Both the position numbers and the translations under genes were made by a program. This document shows positions 29,553-42,869 of a stretch of 64,000 nt of DNA, piece by piece. The DNA lies in assembly GCA_963781885.1 (NCBI GenBank), contig CAWAHW010000002.1, positions 640,001 to 704,000 of the forward strand. Reading direction: 5' to 3'. This DNA is from an uncultured Spirochaetota bacterium (GTDB taxonomy: Bacteria; Spirochaetota; Spirochaetia; SZUA-6; Fen-1364). Position 1 is the stretch's first letter, and each line of letters begins with the position of its first letter. The notes below the pieces were generated by a model. The model did not search any database. It saw only the letters and a list, made by a program, of their open reading frames with translations, and was not told where the DNA came from.

Positions 29553-30788
29553 ATGAAGACACGGATCATGCTCTTCGAGGACCATCTGCTGGGCGACATG
29601 AGCCCCATCGCCCTCACGCGTCCGGCCTTTGCCGTGACGTGCGCCTGCTGCACGCTCTATGACATCGCCCGCGAGGCGGGCGGCGACGTCGGCTGGATCG
29701 TCCGCGACTATCTCCGCCAGACCGTGGGCCTGCGCTATCCCCGCGTCTCTTACGACCCGAGCGGTCCGTGGCTTTTCCTCAATGCGTCGCTCGTCCCCGA
29801 CGTACGCTACGCCGGTCACATCCGCGAGCTCATCGAGACGGGGCGGCCGTTCATCGCCACGGCGGGAAGCCGTGTCTCCGCTGCGCTCCTACCGGCCGGC
29901 ACGGAGGCCCCCCGGCCCCTCTCCTCCGACACCGTCACGCCGTGGCTGCTGGAGCTGAAGCTGCCCCTGCTCGAGCAGGAATGCTTTCGGACCCTCGACC
30001 ACCAGTTCGAAGTGATCAAGCACCTGGAGCCGCTCTTCGCGCAGAACATCGCCCATCGCATCGGCACGAGGGCCTACCACGAGATCAAGAAAGGCGTGTT
30101 CGCCGCCGCCGACGTTTCGATCGCGGATTCCGCCGTGTTCAAGACGAAGGACGGGCCGGTCGTGCTGGAGACCGGCGTGGAGGTGGCGGACTTCACCTAC
30201 CTGGTCGGACCGGTGCACGTGGGCGCCCATTCGCGCATCATCGAGCGGGCGTCGCTGAAGGAGCACGTCTGCATCGGGGAGACCTGCAAGGTGGGAGGCG
30301 AGGTGGAGGCGAGCATCATCGAAAGCTTCACCAACAAGCAGCACCACGGCTTCCTCGGTCATTCCTGGGTCGGCTCCTGGGTGAACCTCGGGGCCGGCAC
30401 GAGCAACAGCGACCTGAAGAACACCTACGGCGAGGTACGGCTGGAATACCCCCACCGGCGCGTGGAGACGGGCATGCAGTTCCTCGGCTGCATCATCGGC
30501 GACTACGCCAAGAGCGCCATCAACACGAGCATCTTCACCGGCAAGATCATCGGGGTTTCCAGCATGCTCTACGGTTTCATCGGCTCCAATGTCCCCAGCT
30601 TCTGCAACTACGCCCGGTCCTTCGGGCAGATCACCGAGTGCCCGCTTGACCAGGCCATTCTCGTGCAGAAGAGGATGTTCGAGCGCCGCGGGATCCACCA
30701 GAACGCGGAAGATGCCACGCTCCTGCGCGACGTCTTCGAGATGACCCGCGCCGAAAGGCTGCTCTCCGACGAGCCCCCCGCGCTCTAG
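29553..30788 (+). CDS. GlmU-like putative sugar nucleotidyl/acetyltransferase with a left-handed beta-helix
   Basis: P...TRPAF, CKVGGEVE.S, NKQHHGFLGHS.VGSWVNLGAGT.NSDLKNTY. Confidence 0.88.
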   Translation: MKTRIMLFEDHLLGDMSPIALTRPAFAVTCACCTLYDIAREAGGDVGWIVRDYLRQTVGLRYPRVSYDPSGPWLFLNASLVPDVRYAGHIRELIETGRPFIATAGSRVSAALLPAGTEAPRPLSSDTVTPWLLELKLPLLEQECFRTLDHQFEVIKHLEPLFAQNIAHRIGTRAYHEIKKGVFAAADVSIADSAVFKTKDGPVVLETGVEVADFTYLVGPVHVGAHSRIIERASLKEHVCIGETCKVGGEVEASIIESFTNKQHHGFLGHSWVGSWVNLGAGTSNSDLKNTYGEVRLEYPHRRVETGMQFLGCIIGDYAKSAINTSIFTGKIIGVSSMLYGFIGSNVPSFCNYARSFGQITECPLDQAILVQKRMFERRGIHQNAEDATLLRDVFEMTRAERLLSDEPPAL

Positions 30789-30809
30789 AAGACCGCGTTC
30801 TGTTTTGAT

Positions 30810-30838
30810 TTGACAATGCCCCAGCCGTGACCTATCAT
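30810..30838 (+). promoter_or_regulatory. Sigma70-type promoter of the BON gene
   Basis: TTGACA, 17 bp, TATCAT. Confidence 0.7.
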
Positions 30839-30892
30839 GGCGGCACAGGGCGTGGCTTCCAATCGAGTGGCTCGACACGAGGAGGTGCGGGC

Positions 30893-31135
30893 ATGTCGGA
30901 AGCAGAAAAGATTCAAACGGAGATCCAGAAAGTCATCGGTGAGGATCCTACGATCCACGACGCGAACCGCGTCATCGTCACGGTGGAAAAGCAGAGCTTC
31001 TGGAAGGGTGGCCGGGAGGTCGTCTACCTCAAGGGGAGCGTGCGCTCCGACGACGACAAGACGAAGATCGGCCATCTCGCGCACCTCCACGCGGCGGGTC
31101 GCAACGTCGTGGACGCCATCACCGTCCTTCACTGA
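30893..31135 (+). CDS. Small BON-domain protein
   Basis: GAGGAGG RBS; I.V.V...VVYLKGSV.S..DK........V.D.ITV. Confidence 0.75.
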   Translation: MSEAEKIQTEIQKVIGEDPTIHDANRVIVTVEKQSFWKGGREVVYLKGSVRSDDDKTKIGHLAHLHAAGRNVVDAITVLH

Positions 31136-31266
31136 TCGCGGATCCCCGCGCGTTCCCGCCGGGGCAAGGCGGGTGAATCATCTCACCAATCGCCATGCGA
31201 ACCGCGGCGGGGCTCGAAGCTCATGCCCGGTTCTCACGACCCGCGCGGTCGTGGTAGCGTCATCCC

Positions 31267-31971
31267 ATGGCCCCGAAAAAGGATCTTCCCCTCAGAGTGA
31301 TGATGATCGCCGCGCATCCTGATGACGCCGAATATGGCTGCGCCGGCACCGTGGCGCGCTGGGCCGCGGAAGGCAGGGACATCACCTACCTGCTCCTCTC
31401 CAGCGGCGACAAGGGAAGCAAGGACGCCGGCATCCGACCCGGCACCCTGGCGACGCTTCGCGAGAAGGAGCAGGCCGCAGCGGCACGAAAGCTGGGGGTG
31501 GGCAACCTCATCTTTCTGCGGCATCCGGATGGGATGCTGGAGAACACCATGGCGCTGCGGCGCGAGTTGGCGGGAGCGATCCGCACCGCGCGCCCTCATA
31601 TCGTCCTCACCATCGACCCGTGGCACCACTACCAGACGCACCCCGATCACCGGGCGGCGGGCATGGCCGCCCTCGATGCGGTCTATGCCGCAAAGGAGGT
31701 CAACCTTTTTGCGGAGCAGCTCGTCGCGGGGGTGGAGCCGTGGCGGGTGAAGGACGTCTACCTGTTCTGGACCGACTCACCCGACCATTTTGAGGACATC
31801 ACGCTCTCCATCGGCCGGCGCATCAGTGCTCTCATGCTGCACGTAAGTCAGACCGGCAAGGACAGGAAAGGCTACACGGCAACGATCCGCAAGAACGCGC
31901 GTGAAACGGCCCGCAAAGCCGGCGCGGCCTTTCCGTACGCGGAGGCATTCAAGCATCTGAAGACGGGCTGA
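31267..31971 (+). CDS. PIG-L family deacetylase
   Basis: AHPDDAEYGCAGT, R.KEQ.AA, HPDG, HPDHR. Confidence 0.92.
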   Translation: MAPKKDLPLRVMMIAAHPDDAEYGCAGTVARWAAEGRDITYLLLSSGDKGSKDAGIRPGTLATLREKEQAAAARKLGVGNLIFLRHPDGMLENTMALRRELAGAIRTARPHIVLTIDPWHHYQTHPDHRAAGMAALDAVYAAKEVNLFAEQLVAGVEPWRVKDVYLFWTDSPDHFEDITLSIGRRISALMLHVSQTGKDRKGYTATIRKNARETARKAGAAFPYAEAFKHLKTG

Positions 31972-32014
31972 GGACAGCCGACGTGGCTGAGGACAGCCGA
32001 CGGGCTGAAGCCGA
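31962..32014. repeat. About 2.7 copies of an 18-19 bp hairpin unit
   Basis: GACGGGCTGAGGACAGCC / GACGTGGCTGAGGACAGCC / GACGGGCTGAAGCC; each full copy folds GGCTG-AGGA-CAGCC. Confidence 0.75.
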
Positions 32015-32028
32015 TGGCGCGCTTTCGA

Positions 32029-32412
32029 TCAGGACGGCGACGCAGCCCCTGGCGACGGATACTGCCGAAGCGTCTCCTGCACGAACTGCGCGATCTCGGG
32101 CTGTATGCCCGCGCTTGCCGCGTGGAACTTTTCGATGATCGGATCCCGGCTGAAGACACCGTCGGCCACGACAATGGGCGTCATCTTGGAATGTCCGGGA
32201 GTCTCCCCCGCATCGATGCGGTTGTGCTGGAAGCCATGATCGCGGGTCCAGGTGATTGCCCGCTCCCGCTTCTGCTTGTCGTAGCAGAGCTGGAACCCGA
32301 CGAGGCTCTGCTCGTCGTCGTACCAGACGATTAGATCGAAGTAGTCATCCATGAACCAGCGTCGAAAGCCTTCACCCTCGACCTGCCTCGCGTTGCGGAT
32401 TTCAGAGAGCAT
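32029..32412 (-). CDS. Conserved hypothetical protein
   Basis: RQ..GEGFRRWF.DDYFDLIVWY.....GFQLCYDK; non-random composition; GGAAGGAG RBS. Confidence 0.8.
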   Translation of the reverse strand: MLSEIRNARQVEGEGFRRWFMDDYFDLIVWYDDEQSLVGFQLCYDKQKRERAITWTRDHGFQHNRIDAGETPGHSKMTPIVVADGVFSRDPIIEKFHAASAGIQPEIAQFVQETLRQYPSPGAASPS

Positions 32413-32495
32413 CGCGTTGAGTCTCCTTCCTTCACTTTTTGCCCGTCTTTTGGTACCTATAAAATATACCTCTCCGCACGGGAGATCGACAGGCA

Positions 32496-33029
32496 ATGAC
32501 AGCGACGGAAAGACAGGCGCTCATCAAGGGCGCGGTGCAGGGGGCGCGCGGCACGTGGGCAGATCTCGGGGCAGGCGAGGGGGCTTTCAGCTCGGCCCTT
32601 GCGTCCCTGCTCGGGCGGGGCTCGCGCATTTATGCGGTGGACAGGGACGTCCAGGCCCTTCGCGAGCTGGAAAGGGAGCTGGGCGCCGCCTTTCCTGACT
32701 GTCCCGTCGTGAAGGTGGAGGGGGATTTTACGGCTCCGCTGAGCCTCCCTCCCCTTGATGGAATCATCATGGCCAATTCCCTGCACTACCAGGCGGATCC
32801 CTGCGCCACTCTCTTACACGTCTCCAAGTGGCTGCGCCCGGGAGGCATGCTCCTGATCGTCGAGTACGACGTGCGCTCGGGCAACCCCTGGGTCCCGTAT
32901 CCCGTGCCGGCGGCGCAGATGCCTGCTGTCGCAGATTGCGCGGGTCTCGTCGGGTGCAGGATCGTCGCCTCGCTGCCAAGCAGGTTCCATCGGCGCATGT
33001 ATGCGGCGGCCTGCCGGAAGGCGGAATGA
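32496..33029 (+). CDS. Class I SAM-dependent methyltransferase
   Basis: WADLGAGEGAF, AVD, GDF, ANSLH, LRPGG. Confidence 0.9.
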   Translation: MTATERQALIKGAVQGARGTWADLGAGEGAFSSALASLLGRGSRIYAVDRDVQALRELERELGAAFPDCPVVKVEGDFTAPLSLPPLDGIIMANSLHYQADPCATLLHVSKWLRPGGMLLIVEYDVRSGNPWVPYPVPAAQMPAVADCAGLVGCRIVASLPSRFHRRMYAAACRKAE

Positions 33030-33048
33030 AGGTCCTGTCGCGCGGCGC

Positions 33049-34206
33049 CTATTCAACCCGGTCGGCAATTGGCACGTAGGGCCTCTCCGGGGGGCCTTTG
33101 TACAGGCTCTCGGGACGATAGAGGCGGTTGCCGTGCTCGCGCTGTTCCAAGATGTGGGCAAGCCAGCCGGAGACGCGCGCCATGGCGAAAATGGGCGTGA
33201 AGAGCATCTTGGGGATGCCCAGGAGCGTGTAGACCGCGCCGGAGAAGAAATCGACATTCGGGTAGAGGGGCTTCCCCTTTTCCTCCATGCGGGCCCGGAA
33301 CTGCTTTTCGATTTCCTTCAGGATGTCGTAGAGGCGATGATCGTTCTTTTTCGCAGAAATCTCCTGCAGCAGCTCTTCCATCACGTACGAGCGCGGGTCC
33401 TTGACCTTGTATTCGCGGTGGCCCATGCCCATGACCTTGCGCTTTTCCGCAATTGCCTTGTCCATCCACGCGCTCACCTTGCCCGGAGCTCCGATCTCTT
33501 CCAGCATGTCGAGCACCTTTTCGTTCGCCCCGCCGTGGAGCGAACCGAAGAGAGCGCCCATCGCGGCGGAAATACTGCAGTAGCAGGTGGACATGGTGGA
33601 GGCGACGACGCGCGCCGTGAAGGTGGAGGCATTGAACTCGTGCTCTGCATGCAAGACCATGCAGGAGTCCATGATCCTTCCTTCGTATTCCTCGGGCTCC
33701 GTGCCGCGCATCATGTAGAGGAAGTTTGCGCCATGGGAGAGATCGGCGCGGGGCCGCACATAGCCGCGGCCTTCGCGGAAGCGCTGATACGAGGCCACGA
33801 CGCTGGAGGACTGCACCACCTGGTGCAGGGTCTGGCGGCAGTTGCAGGTGGCGCTGTGGTGGATGGTGTGCTCGACGTAGCTGGAGATGTAGGCGATCAC
33901 CGACTGCAGGAGCTGCATGGGATGCGCCCCCGCGGGGAATGCATGGATCATGCCCTGGACCGGTGAAGGGATGTCGCGGCTGGCGCGCATCCGGGTCCGC
34001 CACTCCGCGAGCTCCGCGGTCGTGGGAAGCTTCTCATTGAGCAGGAGGTAGGTGACCTCCTCGAAGTCGGATTTGCGCGCGAGCTCCTCGATGGGGTAGC
34101 CCCGGTAGAAGAGCCTCCCCTTCGGGCCGTCCAGACGACAAATGGCCGTCTCGTCCGCGATGACGCCCTCAAGACCCTTGGAATACGTGCCAGTCTCCAC
34201 GCTCAT
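33049..34206 (-). CDS. gltA: Citrate synthase (Si-type)
   Basis: KGLEGV, YRGY, LHAEHEFNASTFTARV, LHGGANE, GHREYK..DPR, YPNVDF. Confidence 0.93.
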   Translation of the reverse strand: MSVETGTYSKGLEGVIADETAICRLDGPKGRLFYRGYPIEELARKSDFEEVTYLLLNEKLPTTAELAEWRTRMRASRDIPSPVQGMIHAFPAGAHPMQLLQSVIAYISSYVEHTIHHSATCNCRQTLHQVVQSSSVVASYQRFREGRGYVRPRADLSHGANFLYMMRGTEPEEYEGRIMDSCMVLHAEHEFNASTFTARVVASTMSTCYCSISAAMGALFGSLHGGANEKVLDMLEEIGAPGKVSAWMDKAIAEKRKVMGMGHREYKVKDPRSYVMEELLQEISAKKNDHRLYDILKEIEKQFRARMEEKGKPLYPNVDFFSGAVYTLLGIPKMLFTPIFAMARVSGWLAHILEQREHGNRLYRPESLYKGPPERPYVPIADRVE

Positions 34207-34232
34207 CAATGACTCCTTGCCGCGATCGGGTG

Positions 34233-35372
34233 CTACGCCTCGATGAAAAGCCTCCACGGATCCTCGACCAGCTCCTTCACCCGGCGGAGGAAGCTCACCG
34301 CCTCTCGCCCGTCGATCAGGCGGTGGTCGTAGGTGAGTGCAACGTACATCATCGGGCGGATGACCACCAGCTCCCCTTTGCCGTCCGCGGCCGGCTCCGC
34401 GATCGGCCGGCGCTGGATCGTGTGCATGCCGAGTATTGCCGACTGCGGGTAGTTCAGGAGCGGCGTGGAAAGGAGCGAGCCGAAGACGCCGCCGTTGGTG
34501 ATGCTGAATGTGCCGCCCGCGAGCTCGTCGGGGAGTATCTTCCTGTCGCGCGCGCGGGCGGCAAGGTCCGCGATGGCCGATTCGATCTCCGCGAGGCTCA
34601 AACGATCCGCGTCGCGGACCACGGGGACGACAAGGCCGCGCTCCGTGGAAACGGCGACGCCGATGTCAGGGGCGGCGTTGTAGACGATCTCGTCTCCCTC
34701 GATCCGCGCATTCACGATGGGCATCTCCGCGAGGGCGAGACAGCATGCCTTCACGAAGAAGGACATGAAGCCCAGCCGCACGCCGTGGGCCTTTTCGAAG
34801 TCATCCTTGTAACGACTGCGCAGGTCCGACACCTTCTGCATGTTCACCTCGTTGAAGGTGGAAAGCGATGCGCTGGCATGCTGCGCCTGCACGAGCCTCT
34901 CCGCGATCCGTTTGCGCAGGCTCGTCATCGGCACCCGGCGCTCACCCTCAAGCGGCTCGGGCCGCGGCGCGGGAGCGCGCGGGGTCGGGGCGGGAGCCGC
35001 AGCCGTCTGCGGCCCTGCGGGACGCGGGTCGGCCTTCTGCGCGGAGGCCGCGGGCCGGGGCTGCGGGGCCTGCCGGGGAGCAGGCTCTTTCGGGGGAGCG
35101 ACGACAGTCGGCGCGGGCGGCGCCGCGGGGGCCGCTTCCGACGGCTCGATGCCGCCGACCACCTGCCCGATGGTCACCTCGGTTCCTGCCTTCACGGAGA
35201 TCGAAAGGATGCCCGACGCAGGGGCGGGAACGGTGACTGTTGCCTTGTCCGTCTCCAGCTCGTACAGGTCGCTTCCCTCGGAGACGGCGTCTCCTTCTGC
35301 CTTCAGCCACGCGGCCAGTATTCCCTGCGTGACAGACTCGCCGACCGACGGCACCGTGATGTCCAGTTTCAC
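34233..35372 (-). CDS. sucB: 2-oxoglutarate dehydrogenase E2 (dihydrolipoyl succinyltransferase)
   Basis: Lipoyl motif ELETDKAT; [30 protein letters not shown]; GTG start at 35372. Confidence 0.96.
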   Translation of the reverse strand: MKLDITVPSVGESVTQGILAAWLKAEGDAVSEGSDLYELETDKATVTVPAPASGILSISVKAGTEVTIGQVVGGIEPSEAAPAAPPAPTVVAPPKEPAPRQAPQPRPAASAQKADPRPAGPQTAAAPAPTPRAPAPRPEPLEGERRVPMTSLRKRIAERLVQAQHASASLSTFNEVNMQKVSDLRSRYKDDFEKAHGVRLGFMSFFVKACCLALAEMPIVNARIEGDEIVYNAAPDIGVAVSTERGLVVPVVRDADRLSLAEIESAIADLAARARDRKILPDELAGGTFSITNGGVFGSLLSTPLLNYPQSAILGMHTIQRRPIAEPAADGKGELVVIRPMMYVALTYDHRLIDGREAVSFLRRVKELVEDPWRLFIEA

Positions 35373-35382
35373 CGCTGTCTCC

Positions 35383-38170
35383 TTACTTTCCGACTGCCGC
35401 AACCCGGTCCGCCGACAAAGCCGCATCGACGATCTCGGCCTGCTCGCGCTCGTGGCGGGCGTGAGAGCCCGTCGCGGGGCTCGCGCTTTCTTCCCGGCCG
35501 ACGTAGTGGAGCGCGAGCGCGGGGAAGGAACGCTGGAAATGGTCCTTCACGAAAAGCCAGGCCCCCCTGTTCCGCGGCTCTTCCTGCACCCACGTCGCCT
35601 CGATGAGGCCCGCATGCCTTTCCAGGAGCGCGGCGATCTTCGCCTCGGGGAACGGGTAGAGCTGCTCGATGCGGACGATCTCGGTGACTGCATCCTTCTG
35701 CTTGTCCCGCGCAGCCGCCAGGTCGTAGAAGATCTTTCCCGCGCAGAAGACAAGGCGCTGCGGCGCGCGGGGCGCCGCGGGGTCGGGAAGCATCTCCTGG
35801 AAGGCGCCCTCCGAGAGCTCACGGAACTGCGAGACGGCGCGGGGATTCCTGAGAAGGCTCTTCGGCGTCATGACGATGAGCGGCTTGTGGACGCAGCTGC
35901 GCGCCTGGCGCCGCAGGAGGTGGAAATACTGCGCCGGGGTGCTGCAGTTGCAGACCTGGATGTTGTCGCGCGCGCACAGCATGAGGAAGCGCTCCATGTG
36001 ACCCGACGAGTGCTCGGGTCCCTGGCCCTCGAAACCGTGCGGGAGCAGGAGCGCGATCCCGTTCGTGGTCCCCCACTTGGCCTCGCCCGCGGCGACATAA
36101 TTGTCGATGATCACCTGGCCGCCATTGGAGAAATCACCGAACTGCGCCTCCCACATGACGAGCGTTTTCGGCCTGCCCTGCGCGAAACCGTATTCGAAGC
36201 CCAGCACCGAGTATTCCGACAGGGGGCTGTCGTAGACGGAGAACTGGGCCTGGTCCGGGGCAAGATTGGACAGCGGCAGATAGGGCTGCGGGAGCAATGT
36301 CTCGGAGTCCCACCAGACGAGGTGGCGCTGGGAGAATGTGCCGCGCGCGCTGTCCTGCCCGCTCAGCCTGAGCGGCGTGCCCTGGAGGAGGAGCGAGCCG
36401 AACGCGAGCGATTCCGCGAACGCCCAGTCCACGGTGCCGTCGCGCTCCAGGCGCGCCGCCTTCTCCTCCACGATGCGCTTGAGCTTCGGATGCATGTGAA
36501 AGCCCGCCGGCGCGGCGGTCAGGGCGCGCGCGATCAGCCGCAGCCGGTCCTCCGGCGGGGCCGGTATCCTCTCGTTCCAGTTCCAGGCATTGCGCTCTTT
36601 TTCGGGTGCGCCGGCTGCGACGGCCGGCGCGCGCGACGCCTGGAGCGCCTTCTTCAGATGCGTGCGGAAGTCCGTCCGCATCGCTTCCTCCCGCTCCTGC
36701 GGGAATATGCCCGCCGCGCGGCACCTCTCGGCATAGATCGTCGGGGGGCTCTTCTTGCCCTCGATGATCCGGTACATCAGCGGGTGCGTGAAGGAGGGGT
36801 CGTCGCCTTCATTGTGCCCGTACTTGCGGTAGCAGAAGATGTCCACCACCGCGTCGCGGCCGAATGTCTGGCGGAAGCGCAGGGCGAGATCCATCGTAAA
36901 GACCACCGCCTCGGGATCGTCGCCGTTCACGTGGAAGACCGGGAACGGGGAGCATCTTTGCCACGTCCGTCGGGAAGAACGTGGAGCGCGCATCGCGGGT
37001 GGAGGTCGTGAAACCGATCTGGTTGTTGATCACGACGTGCACCGTGCCGCCGGTCTTGTACCCTTTCAAGGTGGAAAGGTTGAAGGTCTCCGCCACGATG
37101 CCCTGGCCCGAAAAGGCCGCGTCCCCGTGCAGGACGATGGGGACGACCATCTTGCGCTCCGTATCGTCCCATTCCTTCTGCATCGCGCGCGCCATGCCCT
37201 GCACGACGGGTCCCACCGATTCGAGATGGCTGGGATTGGCCACGAGGTTGACGCGCACGGACTGCCCGTTCGGGCCGGCGTGGTCCATCTTGTACCCGAG
37301 GTGGTAGCGCACGTCGCCGCCGCCGCCATAATCGCCCGGGTCCTCGTGACCCTCGAACTCGGAGAAGACGTCCTCCAGCGGCTTTCCCAGGATGCGGTTG
37401 AGGACCGTGAGCCTTCCCCGGTGCGTCATGCCGAGGATGATCTCCTTGATGCCCATCGACGGAGCGGCATCCACGACGTGGTGGAGCGCCGGGATGACGA
37501 CCTCGGCGCCCTCCAGGGAGAAGCGCTTCTGCCCGATGAAGGCCGTGTGCATGAAATGCTCGAACTCCTCCGCGTGGATGAGGTCCTCCAGCACGACGTG
37601 CTTTTTGTCGGCGTCGAAGGAAGGGCGGTTGCGCGTGGACTCCATCTCCTGGATGAGCCAGCGCCGCATCGGCTTGTTCTGGATGTGGAGGAACTCCACG
37701 GCGATCGTGGAGCAGTAGGTCTCCCGCAGCGCCCGGATGATGGCGGAGAGCCTCATGGAGCCGGACGACAGCACGCGGCCGGGGGAGAACTCGCGGTCGA
37801 GGTCCTGCTCGGACAGCCCGAACTCGGCGAGCGTGAGCTGCTCGTAGGAATGCTCGGGCTCCGCGTAGAAATTCTTGAGCTCCCCTTTCGCGGCGGAGAG
37901 GGGGTTCAGGTGCGCATACAGGTAACCCACGTCGCGGTAGGCCCAGATGAGGCTGTCGACCCGGCTCTGCTTGTAGACGGTATCGGAGGGAACGAGCTGC
38001 GGGCCCCCCGGCTGCACCGTGGCGTCCTGCAGCCTGCTCGTGCTCTCCTGGTCCTCGAAGAACTCCTTCCAGCTCTCCCCGACTGCCTGCGCGTCGCGCT
38101 GCCACTCCGCCTGGAGCTCCTCCAGCCAGGGGAGATTGGCGGGAGAGAGCGGCGATCCGTCCCTGCTCAT
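35383..38170 (-). CDS. sucA: 2-oxoglutarate dehydrogenase E1 (frameshift at about 36942)
   Basis: [41 protein letters not shown]; two ORFs join on removing one base. Confidence 0.95.
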
Positions 38171-39054
38171 CGGCGGCCGCCCCGCGCGGAAAGCCGTGCC
38201 GCCAGGAGACCGGGGATCTCGTCCGGTCTGTCCGCCACCGGCACGCCGGCCGCCTGCAGCGCGGCCACCTTCGCCTCCGCGGTTCCGCGTCCGCCCGAGA
38301 CGATGGCACCTGCATGCCCCATGCGCTTTTCCGGTGGCGCCGTGCGGCCCGAGATGAAGGAGACGACGGGCTTCCGCATGGACGAGCGGATGAAATCAGC
38401 CGCGTGCTCCTCGTCCTCTCCGCCGATCTCTCCGATCAGGACGACGCCCGCCGTGCCCGGGTCTGCCTCGAAAAGACGCAGGAGGTCCACGAAACCCGTG
38501 CCGATCACCGGGTCGCCGCCGACGCCGACGCACGTGGACTGACCCATGCCGGCGCGGGTGAGCGCCCAGACGACCTCATAGGTGAGGGTGCCGCTGCGGG
38601 AGATCACCCCGATGTCGCCTTCCTTGTGGATGCGCCCCGGCATGATGCCCGCCTTTGCCCCGCCGGGTGTGATGAGCCCCGGACAGTTGGGGCCGATGAG
38701 CCTGCACCCATGGTCGGACAGATACGAGATGTTTCCGATCATCTCCAGCACCGGCACGCCCTCCGTGATGCAGACCACGAGGGGCACGTGCGCATCCGCC
38801 GCCTCGCGGAGCGCGGCGCTCGTGAAGCGCGCGGGCACGAAGATCACCGTGCAGTCCGCACCGGTCTTGTCCCGCGCCTCGGCGACCGTGTCGAAGACGG
38901 GTATGCCCTCCACCTCCTGGCCGCCCTTTCCGGGCGTCACGCCGCCGACCACCTTCGATCCGTACTCCCGCATCGACTTCGCGTGGAAGGAGCCGTCCCG
39001 GCCGGTGATGCCCTGCACGATGATGCGCGTGTCTTTTCCGATGAGTATGCTCAT
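38167..39054 (-). CDS. sucD: Succinyl-CoA synthetase alpha subunit
   Basis: [27 protein letters not shown]. Confidence 0.97.
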   Translation of the reverse strand: MSILIGKDTRIIVQGITGRDGSFHAKSMREYGSKVVGGVTPGKGGQEVEGIPVFDTVAEARDKTGADCTVIFVPARFTSAALREAADAHVPLVVCITEGVPVLEMIGNISYLSDHGCRLIGPNCPGLITPGGAKAGIMPGRIHKEGDIGVISRSGTLTYEVVWALTRAGMGQSTCVGVGGDPVIGTGFVDLLRLFEADPGTAGVVLIGEIGGEDEEHAADFIRSSMRKPVVSFISGRTAPPEKRMGHAGAIVSGGRGTAEAKVAALQAAGVPVADRPDEIPGLLAARLSARGGRR

Positions 39055-40191
39055 GCCTTCGCTCCCGCGCGGGCGACGACGCCCTTCACCGCTTCGGAAA
39101 GATCGTCATACGCGTCGATGCCCGCCGATGCCAGCAATTCCCGGCCCTCCTTCTCATTCGTGCCGATCGAGCCGGATCACCAGCGGCACCGACAGCGTGA
39201 GCTTCTCCCGCGCCATGAGGATGCCGCGGGCGATGTCGTCGCAGCGCGTGATGCCCCCGAATATGTTGATGAGCACCGCCGTGACGCGCGGATTCTTCAA
39301 TATTATGCGCAAGGCGTGGAAGACCTTGTCGGGGCTGGAGCTGCCGCCCACGTCGAGGAAATTGGCGGGGCTTCCACCAGCGAACTTGATGAGGTCCATG
39401 GTCGCCATGGAGAGTCCTGCACCGTTGACGATGCACCCGATGCTGCCGTCCAGCCCGACGTAGGAAAGCCCGTTGGATCGCGCGTCCATCTCGTCGGCGC
39501 TGTACTCCTCGGGGCTGCGAAACGATTCCAGCTCGGGGTGCTTGTACAGCGCGTTGTCGTCGAAGATGACCTTGGCATCCGCCGCCATGAGCTTCCCCGC
39601 GGGGTCCAGCGCGCAGGGGTTGATTTCCACCAGCGAGCAGTCCTTTTCGGAGAAGAGGCGGTACATGTTCGCCACGATGGTCCAGGCCTGCTCGGCCACG
39701 CCTTTGCCGGAGAAGGCCCGGGCCAGTGCATCGAAATGCCGCGCCTTCACGAGCCCCGCCTCGGGGTCCAGCGCGATGCGCACGATCTTTTCCGGCTCCT
39801 TCACCGCCACCTCTTCGATCTCCATGCCGCCGGATGCGCTGGCGATGCATTGGACGCTGCGCGTCGACCTGTCCACGGTGAGGCTGACGTAGAACTCGGA
39901 GGCGATGTCCACGGCCTGGGCCACGAGCACCTTCTGCACCTCGATGCCCTTGATCCTCATGCCGAGGATGTCCCGCGCGCGCGCTTCCGCCTCCTCGGGG
40001 CTTTTTGCCATTTTCACGCCGCCGGCTTTGCCGCGGCCGCCGACGAGCACCTGGGCCTTTACCATGACGGCGCCGCCGATCTTCTGTGCGATGGAACGCG
40101 CCTCCGCGGGCGTCGAGGCAACGTTGCCGTCAGGAACGGGGATGCCGTATTCCCTCAGGAGAGTTTTTGCCTGATATTCGTGCAGCTTCAT
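39051..40191 (-). CDS. sucC: Succinyl-CoA synthetase beta subunit (frameshift at about 39168)
   Basis: [44 protein letters not shown]; the RL.GTN motif is restored by removing one base; the stop overlaps the sucD ATG. Confidence 0.95.
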
Positions 40192-40205
40192 TCACACTCC
40201 TTTGT

Positions 40206-41936
<1,731 letters not shown>

Positions 41937-41945
41937 GCCGCCCCC

Positions 41946-42869
41946 CTACAGACCTTCCAGCTCTGCGATCCCCTTGCGCACCGACTCTGCGGACGCGGCG
42001 AGCGCCGCGCGCTCCGCGTCGGTGAGGGGAAGCTCCACGATTTTTTCCACGCCGTGGCGTCCCATGATGACGGGCACCCCGAGATAGATATCGCGGAAAC
42101 CGTACTCCCCGCGTAGATACGCCGAGGCGGGGAAAAGGCGCCTTTCATTCTTGATCACGGCCTCCACCATCTTGGCCACCGAGGCGCCCGGTGCGTAATA
42201 GGCGCTTCCCGTTTTCAGGAGCGACACGATCTCCGCCCCGCCGGTGCGTGTCCGCTTCACGAGCTTTTCTATCGTTTGGGCGTCCATGAGCTCGGAGATC
42301 GGGATGCCGTCCACGGACGTGTAGCTGGTAAGCGGCACCATGTCGTCCCCGTGGCCGCCCAGGACCATCGCCTGCACGTCGCCCGGCCAGACGCCGAGTG
42401 TCTCCGCGATGAAAAGGCGGAACCGGGTGGAGTCGAGGACCCCTGCCATGCCGACGACGTTGCGCAGCGCGAAGCCCGTTTCCCGCAGCACGACCATCGC
42501 GATGATGTCCAGCGGGTTGGTGACGACGATGACCACGGCGGAGGGGGCGCGGCGCGCGATCTCCTGCGCCGTCTGGCGCGCGATGCCCACATTCACCTTG
42601 AGCAGGTCCATGCGATCCATGCCGGGCTTGCGCGCAATGCCCGCCGTGATCACCACGACGTCGCTGCCTTCTATCTCCGCAAGATCCGTCGTGCCGCGGA
42701 TGCGCACCTCGTAGCCGCGCAGCGGGGCGGCATGCAGGAAGTCCATCGCCTTCGACCGGGCAAGCCCCTCGGCAACGTCCACCATCACGATGTCGGCGAT
42801 ATTCTTCTCCGCGATGTAGTAGACGGCCTTTGCGCCGACGTTGCCGGCGCCGATCACCGACACCTTCAT
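41946..42869 (-). CDS. mdh: Malate dehydrogenase (LDH-like), canonical copy
   Basis: GAGNVG, TAGIARKPGMDRMDL, TNPLD, LDSTR, LGGHGD. Confidence 0.93.
   Translation of the reverse strand: MKVSVIGAGNVGAKAVYYIAEKNIADIVMVDVAEGLARSKAMDFLHAAPLRGYEVRIRGTTDLAEIEGSDVVVITAGIARKPGMDRMDLLKVNVGIARQTAQEIARRAPSAVVIVVTNPLDIIAMVVLRETGFALRNVVGMAGVLDSTRFRLFIAETLGVWPGDVQAMVLGGHGDDMVPLTSYTSVDGIPISELMDAQTIEKLVKRTRTGGAEIVSLLKTGSAYYAPGASVAKMVEAVIKNERRLFPASAYLRGEYGFRDIYLGVPVIMGRHGVEKIVELPLTDAERAALAASAESVRKGIAELEGL

Noticed and set aside
31136-31266. Possible ncRNA in the hairpin-rich spacer between the BON and PIG-L genes
   Set aside because: Several short stems are present but are expected at this GC content; there is no dedicated promoter-terminator pair or recognisable motif
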